The translations under genes were made by a program, and so were the position numbers. Source: Octopus bimaculoides (lineage: Eukaryota). From it: a DNA stretch of 38,342 bases. Shown piece after piece: positions 11,349-24,378 of the stretch (its first letter is position 1; each line of letters begins with the position of its first letter). The notes beneath the pieces are model-generated. The model ran no database searches and was not told the DNA's origin. It was given only the letters and a program-made list of their open reading frames with translations. The DNA lies in assembly GCF_001194135.2 (NCBI RefSeq), contig NC_068992.1, positions 32,468,703-32,507,044 on the forward strand, given 5' to 3'.

Positions 11349-12627
11349 TCAGGTAATACCATAAGTTCTGTTCGATTTTACCTTTTTTAAAACTGAATGA
11401 AATTCAATAGTATTTTAAAATGTCTTATGGAATTAAAAATTATTTTTATGCATTTGTGTACATTTGAACTAATTAAATATTGTTTTACAGAATAATAGAA
11501 TTATAATTCCTTTGAGTAAACCCTTTCTAACATGAAAGTATCCAAAGAGTATTTGAGGCACATAATGATTGTTGAGTACAAAAAAGGAAACTCTGCATCC
11601 GAAGTGACTCAAACATGCACTCAGTTTATAGGAAAGAATGCTTGAATGAAAGAACTTGCAGAAGATGGTTTGCAAAATTCAGAAGTGGAAGTTTCAGCCT
11701 TGAAAATGAAGATGGAACAGGACGTCCAGTTGAGTTTGATAATAAGATCCTTGATGCATTACTTGAAGAAAACCCTTCATTATCAGTTGCACAATAGGCA
11801 ATAAGGCTTAGTTCAAACAATACAACTGTTCATCGTCATCTTCAACAATTTGGAAAGATTCCTAAACTTGGATAATGGGTGCCTCATGAATTGCCCGAAA
11901 GCAATAGAAAATCCACAGTTGACATCTGCTCTTCTCTCCATTCTCGCAAACTCATTTCACCCTTTTTCGATAGACGTGTGACTGGTGACGAAAACTGGAT
12001 CTTCCATCGAAATGTTAAACGTCGTAAACAGTGGCTTAGTAAAAGGGGAAAAGCTCAACAACAACTGAGAAGGGGACTTCATGAGAAAAGGGTTCTTCTC
12101 TCAATCTGGTGGGATTGCAAAGGAGTAATTCCTTTGAATTGGTACCACCTAATGCAACAATCAATGCACAAGTCACCAATTAGAGCGTTTGAACCAAGCT
12201 TTGAAGAAAAAAAGACGCTCTTTATCGAATCGAAAAGGAGTGACGTTTCATCAGGACAATGCCTGACCCCGAACTGCAATAATCACATCACAGAAAATCG
12301 AAGATCTTGGTTGGAAAAAAAATTTCTCGTCCACCTTATTCACCCGACTTTGCTCCATCAGACTATCATTTTATTTTGTAGTTTACAGAAATATCTGTGG
12401 GACATAACTTTCGCAAGTCTGGAGGAGGTCGAATCTTGCATTTCAGAGTTTTTCGTTTGAAACCAAAAGAGTTTTAAATTTATGGGATTAAAAAGCTTGT
12501 ACATAAGTGGAAGGAAGTCATAGATAATCAGGGAAAGTACATTGATGATTAAATTTCAATTAAATATAGCATTTGATCACTTGTTTTCTTTATCCAAAAT
12601 TCGGACAGAATTTATGGGATGACGTAA
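11349..12627 (+). mobile_element. Full-length mariner (DD34D) DNA transposon, 1279 bp, inactive
   Basis: TIRs of ~31 bp (11349-11379 TCAGGTAATACCATAAGTTCTGTTCGATTTT versus the reverse complement of 12597-12627) match at 24/31. TA flanks both sides (11347-48, 12628-29) and a transposase lies inside. Confidence 0.93.
11532..12552 (+). pseudogene. Mariner transposase pseudogene
   Basis: MKVSKEYLRHIM.., HTH with GRP, WVPHEL, VTGDENW, LSIWWD, HQDNA, and PYSPDFAPSDYH. D34D spacing counted by hand after correcting one frameshift. Ends GKYIDD*. Several in-frame stops and frameshifts. Confidence 0.93.
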
Positions 12628-12732
12628 TAGAAGGACAGGCAAAAAAGACGTGTCATTCGTGGCCTTCTTTCCTCAGTCATGTCCCAGAACACGACCGTTT
12701 CCGGCAGTTACACTTGAGACGGTTCGATCTAG

Positions 12733-12888
12733 TATATATGTACGGCAGGCTTCTTTCAGCTTCCCTCTTTGAAATCTACTCACAAGGCTTTGGTTGACTG
12801 GAGGCTACATTAGAAGATATCTTCCCAAGGAGCGACGCAGTAATACTGATTGCGGAAAGAAATCTTCTTACTGCCCAGCCACGCCTGC
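12733..12888 (-). mobile_element. tRNA-derived SINE, 5' part, diverged
   Basis: Minus strand GCAGGCGTGGCTGGGCAGTAAG..CCTTGGGAAGATATCTTCT..ACCAAAGCCTTGTGAGTAGATTT..CTGAAAGAAGCC. Shares the CAAAGCCTTGT block with the copy at 6908. Confidence 0.7.
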
Positions 12889-12914
12889 ACCTAGACACTC
12901 ATCCTTTTGAACTG

Positions 12915-13115
12915 TCTTTGTTAATTGTATTTGTGAAGTTGAGATGTTACGGTTTCTCCATAGTGATCCAAACGTAGATGAAACGTTAGCCATATGATTG
13001 TAGAACATATCATCTACTTTATTATCACTTGACACTATACTACCTTGATAAGTAAAACATGTGATACCATTAATTATGTATCCACCTATCATGATAGTGT
13101 TAGCTTCCACGTCAT
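12915..13115 (-). mobile_element. RTE-clade LINE fragment (C-terminal to RT core)
   Basis: IMIGGYIINGITCFTYQGSIVSSDNKVDD..MANVSSTFGSL.WRNRNIS matches F.YLGS.....D.EI..RIAKAS.AFG.L...W. Confidence 0.75.
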
Positions 13116-13789
13116 GTTGCAGTAATGGGAGATAAAATGCGTTAATCTATTTGAAACTGAATTGTTCTCTCTGGCTTAGCAATTACGCTGGTAAATATTG
13201 CATGTCTGAATGTAATTGTGCTACGAGGATAGTACAATCCGCTAAGATTAATTCACGGGTGATACAAACTTTTTGCTTCGAATTCGATTTCATTTTGGGA
13301 CTGGTTAGTATTACCTTTTGAAGTACTAATACACTTTCGTCTATGTTATTAAATGCATCCTCTATAACTGAAAAGAGATATATACTGAAGGGTCGGGGCA
13401 GAAATCAAGACACATCTTTCCATAACGCCGTTAGAAACTTCGAATGCGTATATATATATATATATATATGTTTTTATGAGTGTGAAGAAAACTGTTTACT
13501 AAAAATCCAGCATCATGCTATTTTACAGGAAATAATATTCAAGGCAATTATTAGTAATTATCTCGTTATTTAGTATTATTTGTATAAGAAAAACATTTCA
13601 GAATTATAAATTAATATCATGACATTAACTGATGTTCCGCCAAATAATACCATACTCCTTCTCAAAAAAAAAGAAAAAACTCAAAGAAACAGATACCTGA
13701 GTAATCAGAAGATTCAGTATTTTCGGAAATGAAATTACGCATATGATTTGAATTGTTGTTCAAAAAGTTTTATTTCATAAAGGAAAAAA

Positions 13790-13958
13790 GTAGGTTAGCT
13801 AGCATTTTTGCTAGTACATAGGGCGAAATACTTTTAATTTCTTCCGGAGTTTTATGTTCCGAATTCCAATGCAACTAAGTTCATTCTTCATCCTTTCGGC
13901 ATCGGTAAAATAAAGTACCAGTACAGTACTGGACTCAATGTAATCAATAACCCCCATT
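13790..13958 (+). mobile_element. Old diverged tRNA-derived SINE
   Basis: TTCATCCTTTCGGCATCGGTAAAATAAAGTACCAGTACAGTACTGGACTCAATGTAATC is the reverse-complement counterpart of the SINE core at 20200-20260. Confidence 0.5.
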
Positions 13959-15809
13959 CACTCACTCACTTCATATAATGTCTTGTGCCAAAATTTAATA
14001 CATTATCAGATAGGTAATTAATCTGAGTCATCTACGAGTTCATTTATCTGTATCACGAATTTTGACTGCTACGTACACACGATATAATGCTATAATATCA
14101 AGCTGTGATATTTCTTCAAATGTATTTTATTGAATCCAAAACATCATTAAATTTGCAACCACTTCAAAGATTTTACGACAGTATGTCATTAACGAAAACT
14201 TGAACGTAGTTTTTCAGACGTCAGTTTGTTCAGACATTTAGATACTACCATTTACCAAACACAATTGTTAACTTTTACTGATGCTACACGGTGCTGAAAC
14301 ACAAAAGAAAGAAAATACAATATATGACCCGTTTGGCTAAATGTGATATGATATCCTAAATGTTCATGCATTGCACTTCTGTAATAGATACTTTTCCACT
14401 TTGCAGCTTGTGCTTACACCCTTAGAGGTTTCTAAACTCATACACTGAATATAAATATTTAAAAAAAAAACGATACAAATTTTATTAATTTCTGTTAGGA
14501 ATTTATAGCGAAAGAATGAGAACTACATTTACAGACATATGAACTGTTTTTTTTCTTTTTTGTCTATATGAAATAAGGAACAATGGAAAAAAGCAAACAC
14601 TGAAAAGCACACAGAAATTAAAACTACTATTAATAAATTGCAAAGAAAAATTCAGCACAACTTTGCAGGTGGAATAAGGTGAGAAGTTTAATTAGGTTAG
14701 GGCTAATTAGTGAACATTCTTACAATGACTTAAAAAAAAAACTACTCGTCGAAATTGTTAAATTCATTGTAAACTTCAACAAAAATAGACAAAAACGAGG
14801 TAATAACTGAATAATGTAATTAGAGTTTGCAGGTGTGTTTATCATTATCATTGGCAATGTTTTGATAATTGAAATTCTACAACCGACGCTTATTTTTAAT
14901 CTTATGTTCATTATTGTTTTAAAACATCTTTCTTATAAGTAGTTGCTAAATGATTTCTATGCATTTTACTTGATTAATACATACAAACAAAATTTATTGG
15001 AGAAAATAAAATTACTGAAAATCAACATGTTTATTTTACGATATCATCTCGTGGCTTCTTTATCACTTCTTTTCTTCTCACTTCTACGCTATAATTTCTG
15101 ATCCATTCTCATAAAATGAGTGCAATGAAATACGTATCGTAGTATCCACTTTATATGTCACTACACAAACGCACACATATACACACACACAGTTTACGCG
15201 CATACACACATATATATTTAGTGAACACCTATTTTATTAATTTAGTATATAAATATCTCGCAAATATGAAAAATTAGTATATTGTATTAAGGATTTTAGC
15301 AAAGCTTATATAACCAGAACATGAACCAGTGATGATGAAAATATAAATAGAAACTTGCCATATATTCTATAAGAAATATATTCACATAAGCAGGTGCACT
15401 GTCACCCGCTGACACACGCATATAAGTGTTTCCGTATTCTTATATATGTATGTGTAATATTTCTTTACAAGAAAGCCAGTTTGTTTTCAAGAAAATTGTA
15501 CCTGATATTTGCACATTATATTACGTTGGTTTCTATAACATCAACGCTAAACAGAAATGGTTCTTGGTTAGATCGCACTGCCTGGTGTTTTAGACAAATG
15601 TTATGCAACATAGTTTCAATTGAACACATATCAAGTAAATGAAACTGAATTGTGAGAAATTGTTTGAAACAAGAAATATCTGGATTAATTGCAATAGCAA
15701 CTGAGTAGCCTAAATTTTCCACACACTGTGTCACTCTGATTCTCTCTGGAAAAGGCCTCATTCTTAGACTTATCAGAATGGGAATCTTCATTCAATTCGC
15801 ACGTTAGCT

Positions 15810-16814
15810 AAATTTCAGAAGGCATACTCTTCAAACTGCAGAGGCTACAGGCCAGACTAAGGAAGACGAAGACGCAGTGCCCCACTTCCAACTCTGCCAC
15901 AAAAGCCCTCATGCAACAGAAAAAGAACTGACTTTCCACTGCCTTCAACAACTTTGGCTTTGCTCTACAGTAGCTGTATGTGGGACCCACTATCACTGTC
16001 GAAGGGGACACCAGAAAGTTTGGTAAGTTCGCGTACCTAGACAGCACATTCTCCATATCTATGAACATTGACAATGAAATCGGCAAACGCATCGCAAAGG
16101 GAAGCTCAGCATTCGGACTGCTATGTGAATCCGTGTGGGAGAGTAGAGGCGTTAGACTGTTCATGAAGTTGAAAATGTACCAGGCAGTTGTACTTCACAC
16201 GCTACTGTACTCCTGCTAGACTCTTCAATGGTTTAAGAACGCCACAGAAAGAAGCAAAACCACTTATACGTGAACTGGCTGAGAAAGCTATTGAAATTCA
16301 CCAGGCAAGACACGATCCGAAAAAGGAGGTCTTCTCTTGTACTGATCTCTCAAGCATTTACATATTGCTAAGGAGAGCGCCTTTCAGGATGGCAGGCCAC
16401 CTAGTTTCAATGCCGAACACGAGAATCCCCAACAGACTGTTTTACAGTGAACTGATGGAAGACAAGCGCACGCTAAGTGGACGGGAAAAGCGTATCAAAA
16501 ACTCACTCAAAGCTTTACTGAAGAGCTTTGAGATCAACCGCAACACTTGTAAAAGAGAAGCACAAGACCGCCCTGCTTAATGAAGATGCACAGCAGAGGT
16601 GCCTCCTCTTACGAAAAGAACAGGGTTGTAAGGGCAATCGCAAAGTATGCGAGATCAGAACCAACTGATTGCTTTTGGTCCCAACAGAATACCAGTGCCC
16701 AATCTGCTACAGAGCCTTCTGCGCACTCATTGGACTAGTTAGCCACAGCCGGACACACCATGCCCTATATTCTTTGGTCATCGTCAACGACTTATGAACT
16801 AATAATAAAATAAT
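15810..16814 (+). mobile_element. 5'-truncated RTE (BovB-like) LINE, 3' ~1 kb, decayed
   Basis: FAYLDSTFS..IDNEIGKRIAKGSSAFGLL..VW..KLKMYQAVVLHTLLYSC, then GHLVSMPNTRIPNRLFYSEL..KR..KNSLK, a terminal C2H2 motif CPICYRAFCALIGLVSHSRTH, and a (TAA)-like tail at ~16799-16814. Confidence 0.9.
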
Positions 16815-18117
16815 ACGTTCATTAAGTGGTTAATTCATGAAACATTTTGTCTTCAACCATTCTCATCGGACCTCAGTCTCATCAAGGTAGATGTTTAGAG
16901 TTTCCAACAAACATATTTTGTAGTGAAATTGTACGGTATCAGATTAATAAACATCTGCTATTTCCCTATGAAGATAATTCATTTGATGAAGACAGTAGAT
17001 GAGAGACATCAAAATTACCTTCCTTGCTAATGCCACACTCCGTGGCAGTTCAGGTAGTCATCAAGTTTAAATGCAAGCTTGTACAGTGAATATAAAGAAA
17101 GGAAATTCATTACTATATATTCACTACTTTAATCACAAAAGAGCAGTAATGAAACGGCAATATGAAGTAAGTTGATACAGAAAAGAAATTCCAAACTAAC
17201 AACAGGAATAAAGAAAGGGTGTGGCTTTCATTCCAATAGATGTTATGAAAATTAATGCCCACCTCTACAGTCAATTCTAGGTATTACGTTCATTACAGTT
17301 AAACTGAATTAGGTGTAAATGTTAAGGGACAGATTAAATCTTTCTTCAGAAATGAGTTCATAATAATTTACATGCGAAATAATACATGTGAGAGGTGAAT
17401 TATCCCATAAGAAGAGAACCACTATATTATCTAGTGTTGGACAATTATTTATTATAGACATCTATTTGAATAAAGCAGACCTAGTTCTTTCTACAATTAG
17501 TTACTATTAAACATCTTATTAACTTATCGGTATAGTTCCTATATATTAATGAATATATAGTAGTAAATTTCCTTTCTCTCTATTCACTGTACACCTACAC
17601 ATTTAAATTTCATGACTACTTGATTTGTCAAGAGCTATGGTGTTGGTGGGTTGATACTAAATAAAAGAGGGCAATTGAATATGTCAGTAACCTGCAATTT
17701 CCATGCTCGGAATTGTCTTCACAGGGGAATATTTAATGTTTATAAATTTGTTGAAAGTCAACTCCACTTCAAGCAGAACATGTTTGTTAGAATCTATGAA
17801 AATCCACCTTAGTAACATAAATTACTGATGAGGATAATGGAGGGCAAGTGTTTAATTAATTGATTAATTAATTGATTGATTGGTTAATTTTTTTATTAAT
17901 TAATGCTATATATATATATATATATATATATACATTTATATATATATAAACATTATATGCATAACTAATATATATATATGCAGTGATGAAATAATACTCG
18001 TAGCAATACTAAACGAGCGTAAACTTAAAAATACTGATCTAAGACCTTTTGTGTTCTGTTTCCGTTTTATTGACAATCTATATATATTTGCGCGTGTGTT
18101 TGTATGAGCACGTGTGT

Positions 18118-18133
18118 GTGTGCTCGCGCGTTT

Positions 18134-18173
<40 letters not shown>

Positions 18174-18182
18174 ACACACACA
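18118..18182. repeat. (GT)/(CA)n microsatellite
   Basis: Directly visible. Confidence 0.9.
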
Positions 18183-19187
18183 TGAATACACAATCATGCT
18201 ACGGGGACAACTTTCTTGTGTTCATCTACCATATTAGTGTGAATTCTCATTTCAATGTAATGCTTATTTTATTGAATTATATAAAGAATAATTAACGTAC
18301 ACTTCTTAACCCAGTATAGATGATGCTACTTCAAATGTTGCAGTTACTTCCATAACCATAGACGTGCACTTCTGTTTGCAAAATTCTATGGACAACAGAT
18401 TGCTGAATTCAATCCTTAAATAGAATATATCTGTCCAATGCTACGTGCAGTGAAATTAGATCCTGAACAATGAACGCACCTTTTATACAAAGAGTGACAC
18501 CATGTTTTACACCATATAGACGCAGTGTTTTATTATATTCATGTATGTAAGAGCATCCTTCCTCAGTCTTCAGTTAAGAAATATTTTGTTTTAAATTTGC
18601 TTTAGCATGTATGTAGTGAAGAAGGTTAAGATATATATGTATGCATACATAGCTGCATAAATGCATATACATATACACTCTCACATGCGTATTTTGGCCT
18701 TAACCGTTATCATTCGTAGAGAGCACAGTAAGCGTATGATAAATTTAGGAATTTAAATAGTTGCTTTCATATCTCTGGTATTTTCTGGCACATTACTACA
18801 TCATTTGATTTCCAAATGTCTGGTCCGTCCTATAATCAATAAAGTAAATCTGTCTTCTTTCGTTATTGCACAAAATTTAAGAATCAATGTTCAACTAATA
18901 TCTAGAGATCTGTAGTATTAGTTTCTTGTCGAGCTGAAATTTGGTAAATATCTCAACATGAGAAGGGAACATATATAGCTTTTCATATCTCATAGGCATT
19001 TTAAGCCTTATCTAACGGAACAGTTGAAAATAAAAGTTATTTCAGCCGAAGTTCAATTAAGAGTGCCATTAATTTCATTTCATATTTTTTAGTTTCTACT
19101 TTGGAAACTTTCCAAGTCTTGCTGTATTTAAAATGGCTAAAGAATGAAACACTATATTCCTTTCTCATATCATATTCCTATAATCTA

Positions 19188-19189
19188 TG

Positions 19190-19226
<37 letters not shown>

Positions 19227-19250
19227 ATATATATATAGATAAATAAATAA

Positions 19251-19292
<42 letters not shown>
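19188..19292. repeat. (AT)n + (AAAT)n + (AGAT)n microsatellite
   Basis: Directly visible. Confidence 0.92.
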
Positions 19293-19295
<3 letters not shown>

Positions 19296-20144
19296 TTTGT
19301 GAGAGATTTGATGTTCCAATATAGTAACTACAATTTATTTTTCCTATTAAATGGTTTATCTATACCATTTTTGCGTCCATAAATAAATGATTCGTAAGGT
19401 AAGAATTTCCCATATAATAATAATGAGTTATGTATGTCACTGAAAATAGATAACTTCGTGAACCAACTAAATAATATTCTTAAACTGCCCAGTGTGTAAC
19501 TATTCCAATATAGAAATAGACGATACTAGTAATTCTGTGCTAATGAACTTGGTAACATTATATACTGTTGTGTTCTTCACTGATCATATTTGAGAAATAA
19601 TACTTATTATTGTCACGTTTGAATTACCACATCTAGTTGCATATTCTATCGTGAAAACAAATCACGTATGAGCCGATGCATGACAACAAAAGTGTAACAC
19701 TCATTAAACTACTGATCAAATGACAAATCTATAGGCAAAATATATGCTGCAGACAAGGTTGCTTAAATAGAGTGAAATGCCACACTCACCAACGAAATAT
19801 GTTCAATATCATAACAAAAATACTGAATCGGTTATATATCACCGTTATTTATATATCCCCGGATCATCCATATTGCATCTCTCTGTCACAAGGTCATGCA
19901 CAACAATTTCAACCAGACTTAAGATATGATACCGGAGAATTGCAGAGATGCAGAAATGTGTGCAATATGCTTCATTTGCATCGAAACAACATATACAGTT
20001 GGAGAATTCAGCCAGGAACGTGTTTTGTCAATAAGTCTAGTTAACGACGTATAAACAATAACGTGGAAATGAAGTGTAGGCTACTCATTCCAGGGATTAG
20101 CTTAATCGTTTTATGTTTTGTTAAAGTTTCTAGCAGAGAGTCGA

Positions 20145-20362
20145 TATACTTTTCTACTCTAGGCACAGGGCCCGAAATTTTGGGGGTGGGGGACAGTCGA
20201 TTAGATCGACTCCAGTACACAACTGGTACTTAATTTATTGACCCCGAAAGGATAAAAGGCAAAGTCAACATCGGCGGAAGTTGAACTCCGAACGTAAAGA
20301 CAGACGATATCCCGGTAAGCATTTCTGCCGGTGCGCTAACGTTTCTGTCAGCTCGCCGCCTT
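20145..20362 (-). mobile_element. Near-complete tRNA-derived SINE
   Basis: Minus strand starts AAGGCGGCGAGCTGACAG (A-box-like), has GGAGTTCAACTTCC (B-box-like), then CTTTTATCCTTTCGGGGTCAATAAATTAAGTACCAGTTG..TCGATCTAATCGAC. Confidence 0.88.
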
Positions 20363-21689
20363 ATACAGATTCAATATAGGATGCTACAAAGATATCCTGG
20401 CGTTCGTCAACTAACACAATTCCCTCTGTAACAAATACAATAATAAAAACCTATTTGGTGGGGTTTTTTTTCATTTTAGTAGTAAAAGTTAAAATCTAGT
20501 TATCCTTTTTTAACAATTTTATCTTTGATAGTTTTGACCATGAACAAATATGCACCACCTTCGCACTTTTTGAATTACGTGAGGTTAATCTTATACCTAT
20601 GAAAACCACTGTTAAGTTATTTCATCAATATATGTTTTAAGCAACATTATACAAACAGTTTGCTTTCCTAGAGGCATGGTTGTTTTATCTCAAATAAAAC
20701 CTGATAATCGATTTTTTTTATTTATTCTATTCTCTAGATATCTACCAGGAAAATGACTCAACTTTGATTTTCAAATAAATCATATATTTTAAATGCTGTT
20801 ACAAACAACGCAGCTTACAAACGTTCTTGAAAGAATTTTAGTAAACTTTATATTGATAATCTACATTTGATTTCGAGCTTAAAGAAATGAATAGAATAGT
20901 TTTATCTTTTCAATTCAAGGAAGTAATGTATTTTATTTCATGTGCACTTTAACTGAAGTTTAACTAAATAGACGTATTTACAGAGCTTTCAGGAATGGAA
21001 GTATAATTTCTGTTGTTTTGTTTGAGTCAGCCTTAATATCTATTTTTAATAACTTGCTGCAAGATGGAAACACATCTCAATACATTCTTCTTTGATATAA
21101 ACAGTACTATTCAAATCATCTCCATTTACTTGAAATATTAAAATTATAATAGATTTTCAATTCAACGCTTCACAAATTTTCATGTTACGGTTTCAATCCC
21201 TTACATCTTGTAAGTATATTTCCCTTATGTGCGAAACATTTCCATCTCTTCATTTTCAACACCTTCAAGATGCGCAGAAGTGAACTGAATAAAATTATAG
21301 ATTCATCCCCATGCGATTCAAAGGAGCATGTGACATATCTTTTCATTTTACATTAGTAACTATATCTTTGTATACGATGTGAATATTTGGTGAATACGTT
21401 TGAGTCACTATAAGTCATTATTGTAACAGCACATGCACACGTCTCTAGGCCTATTCAATTATATCGCTGAAATGCGGAAAAATCGAGTTTATACGAGCAG
21501 AGATTTACTGTAATTTAGTATATCTCAAAGAATTCGATGTTAGAGATGCTAAGAGAGTAGTTTATTTTTCCCAATACAAGAAGGCAGCATCTGTTAAATA
21601 TATTCAGAGTCCCATGTATATTTCCAATATGTGCGAAATATATATATACGTATATGCACACACAAAGACACACAGACATATATATGCTC

Positions 21690-22076
21690 TCACGAAAATG
21701 ACAAACTGAGGTCATTTTTTTCTCTCTTGCATTCTGAACACATCTTCCATCGGCATTACAGTGCATGGATCCCGTTGCTGAAGAAACGTCCGTCCTGTCT
21801 GTCAAAAAGTCATCAACAGTAGATGTGACGACACAGTCACTGCGATATTGGTTCCTAGCCAAGTGTGCTTTCATGTTCGAGAGCCGATATTAGTCAGATG
21901 GGCGCCAAATGAAGTGTTCGTGGAGGGTGAGTAACCAGTTCAAAGCTACAGTGAGGCATAGAATCGTTGAAACCAAAGGATTCTGTGCTGGAGTATTGCC
22001 CCGATGAAACAAGATACATTTCGTTAGTATATCTGGACGTTTGGTCGTGATAGCTTTTCATAACTGCCTCAGTAAG
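21690..22076 (-). pseudogene. C-terminal fragment of a second mariner transposase (irritans/Himar-like)
   Basis: LRQL*KAITTKRPDILTKCILFHRGNTPA (compare LFHQDNAPAH), then PSD*Y..NMKAHLARNQYRSD..V..TVDDF. Frameshifted. Confidence 0.8.
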
Positions 22077-22520
22077 TATGAAGTAAAATTAGAAAGGCCA
22101 TTTTAGATATTAAAGGAACATATTATTTTACACACTTAGTAGTAGTAAACAAGTCAGGATGCATTCACATCACTGACCACTCATATTGAGTATATTAATA
22201 CTTCACCATTACTCAAACATGATTACGTGGAAGAGTGAAAACAAGGAACACCTCTTGCATGACAGTGACACTCAAAGTTATAGTCTGATGCCAAAGCAAT
22301 GTGGCAGTAAAAGGTAGACACACATGATCGCACACTCACGCACACAAACATGCACACATATGAGCGCGCGCACACACTCACACATGTAGTTTATACAGTT
22401 TATATTCAAAAGAACGGAAGAAAATGGAGATTAAGAAGTTACTAATTGCTTACTACTTCAATAATTTCAGAAAATTGGTCATCTTTACTAGATCCGTTTC
22501 AATTAATGCTCAATAAACAT

Positions 22521-22578
22521 AAGTGGCTGTGGTCATGATGAAGCAACATATGTTGCTCCAGCAAGACCACAGCCATTT
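22521..22578. other. 58-bp near-perfect hairpin
   Basis: AAGTGGCTGTGGTC pairs with GACCACAGCCATTT (14 bp, one G-U). Three single mismatches follow, then the central palindrome AGCAACATATGTTGCT. Confidence 0.85.
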
Positions 22579-22618
22579 GGCTGAACCATATAAAAGAATA
22601 TATATATATATATATATA

Positions 22619-23133
22619 NNNNNNNNNNNNNNNNNNNNNNNNNNNNNNNNNNNNNNNNNNNNNNNNNNNNNNNNNNNNNNNNNNNNNNNNNNNNNNNNNN
22701 NNNNNNNNNNNNNNNNNNNNNNNNNNNNNNNNNNNNNNNNNNNNNNNNNNNNNNNNNNNNNNNNNNNNNNNNNNNNNNNNNNNNNNNNNNNNNNNNNNNN
22801 NNNNNNNNNNNNNNNNNNNNNNNNNNNNNNNNNNNNNNNNNNNNNNNNNNNNNNNNNNNNNNNNNNNNNNNNNNNNNNNNNNNNNNNNNNNNNNNNNNNN
22901 NNNNNNNNNNNNNNNNNNNNNNNNNNNNNNNNNNNNNNNNNNNNNNNNNNNNNNNNNNNNNNNNNNNNNNNNNNNNNNNNNNNNNNNNNNNNNNNNNNNN
23001 NNNNNNNNNNNNNNNNNNNNNNNNNNNNNNNNNNNNNNNNNNNNNNNNNNNNNNNNNNNNNNNNNNNNNNNNNNNNNNNNNNNNNNNNNNNNNNNNNNNN
23101 NNNNNNNNNNNNNNNNNNNNNNNNNNNNNNNNN
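22619..23133. other. Assembly gap (515 N)
   Basis: N run. Confidence 1.
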
Positions 23134-23289
23134 TATGATGGCGAAAAAAAAATATATAAGTAGACGATCAGTGAAGCACCGGCACAGATTCGATTACCTG
23201 TTGTTATCCGTAGATCTATTGCAGGAACTTCGTAGCGGTGGTTGAGGTAACAGTGTTAATAAAATGGATGGAATAAAAAATTTTATTCA

Positions 23290-23331
23290 GTACGACGCAT
23301 GTTTCGCCCTGTTCTAGTACTCCTTATGTAC
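23290..23331 (-). ncRNA. Degenerate, probably dead, type I hammerhead relic
   Basis: GTAC-ATAAGGA-GTACT-AGAAC-AGGGC-GAA-AC-ATGC-GT-C-GTAC has correct geometry and an intact GAAAC..GUC, but C3 and G5 are mutated and stem II is damaged. Confidence 0.4.
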
Positions 23332-23539
23332 ATAAATAAATAAAAGAAATTAAAAAGTCTCACTAGCGACATTCTGATTCGGATTTATGTACCGCTACAT
23401 GCCCATATGGACATATAGAGATATAACATAGAAGAATGAAGGTGTAAATTGATGAATACAGGTGTAAATTGATGAATACAGATAAAGGTAGAATACAGGC
23501 AGCAGAATAATGTTCCCAACCCATCTTTTTCCAGAGGAT

Positions 23540-23670
23540 ATGGATGTTGCTCGGCTCTCTATGAAAGTACAGGCTCTTAATTAAGATCCCAGATAAACCC
23601 ATGCGGTATGTTGGCAGTATTTTGAATGACGTATTCATATTGAAGAGATAGATAGTGGTGTAAATGGGTA
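23540..23670 (-). mobile_element. Possible PLE endonuclease C-terminus relic
   Basis: TSFKILPTYRM..ILIK..YF resembles the FKILPFYKM..RLIKE.YFI end of PLE GIY-YIG domains. It lies upstream of the hammerhead relic on the same strand. Confidence 0.4.
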
Positions 23671-24288
23671 TATAAATGGATTTTGTGATAGGGTGTATAT
23701 AGGAGAGAGAGGAGAAAGAGAGAAAGAGAGAGGGACAAAGCATAAAGGAATACAAATAAGATAGGGGCAAAAGTGTAAAAATAAGAATAGAAAAAAAGGA
23801 AAATTAACATAAAAGTAATCATTAAACCACGTAGTGCTTTGATATATTCTTAAGTCCACCATTTCGTGAAGCGCAACAGCATCCAAACTTCACCACTAAT
23901 TCAGTTCCCAACTAAATTGCAAGCTGTTGACAGTTTTGAAGAGGACACTTCCTCAGCTAAACTCTGGCACAAATAGTTTGCGATTTGGTTCCGTAGAAAA
24001 AAGTTACATCAAAATATTTACGACCTTAAGCGGGGCAGTAAGACACCTATTCACCTTCAATTAACATAAACTTTTTAATTTCAAATTAGAAGTATACTTT
24101 TCCTAGGCTTAAATGATAGAAAAATGCATAAAGAATTCAGAATCACTAGTCGCATTGAACAAAACTTAAGCAGAAGAGCTATGAAATAAAATGTTACGAA
24201 ATTACATGTCAGCAAGTAAGAGTGTAAGTGAGTAGCGCTTCAGCTATAAGAATAATGAATATATTTCTAAAATCAAGGTTTACTTTCT

Positions 24289-24378
24289 AAGGCGACGAGT
24301 TGATAAAAACGTTAGCTGCTTAACAGTAGTTCGTATCTTTACGCTTTTGAGTTCAAATTTCGCCGACGTTGACTTTGA
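24289..24378 (+). mobile_element. SINE head fragment (same family as 20145-20362)
   Basis: AAGGCGACGAGTTG..AAACGTTAGC..TTGAGTTCAAATTTCGCCGACGTTGACTTTG. Confidence 0.75.

Noticed and set aside
17190-17240. RT-like words (TTGIKKGC here; RGVKQGTPL-like at ~22230)
   Set aside because: Isolated short motifs with no supporting flanking RT motifs.
23440-23480. Short perfect duplications (20 bp here; 17 bp at ~30435-30470)
   Set aside because: Ordinary replication-slippage duplications.
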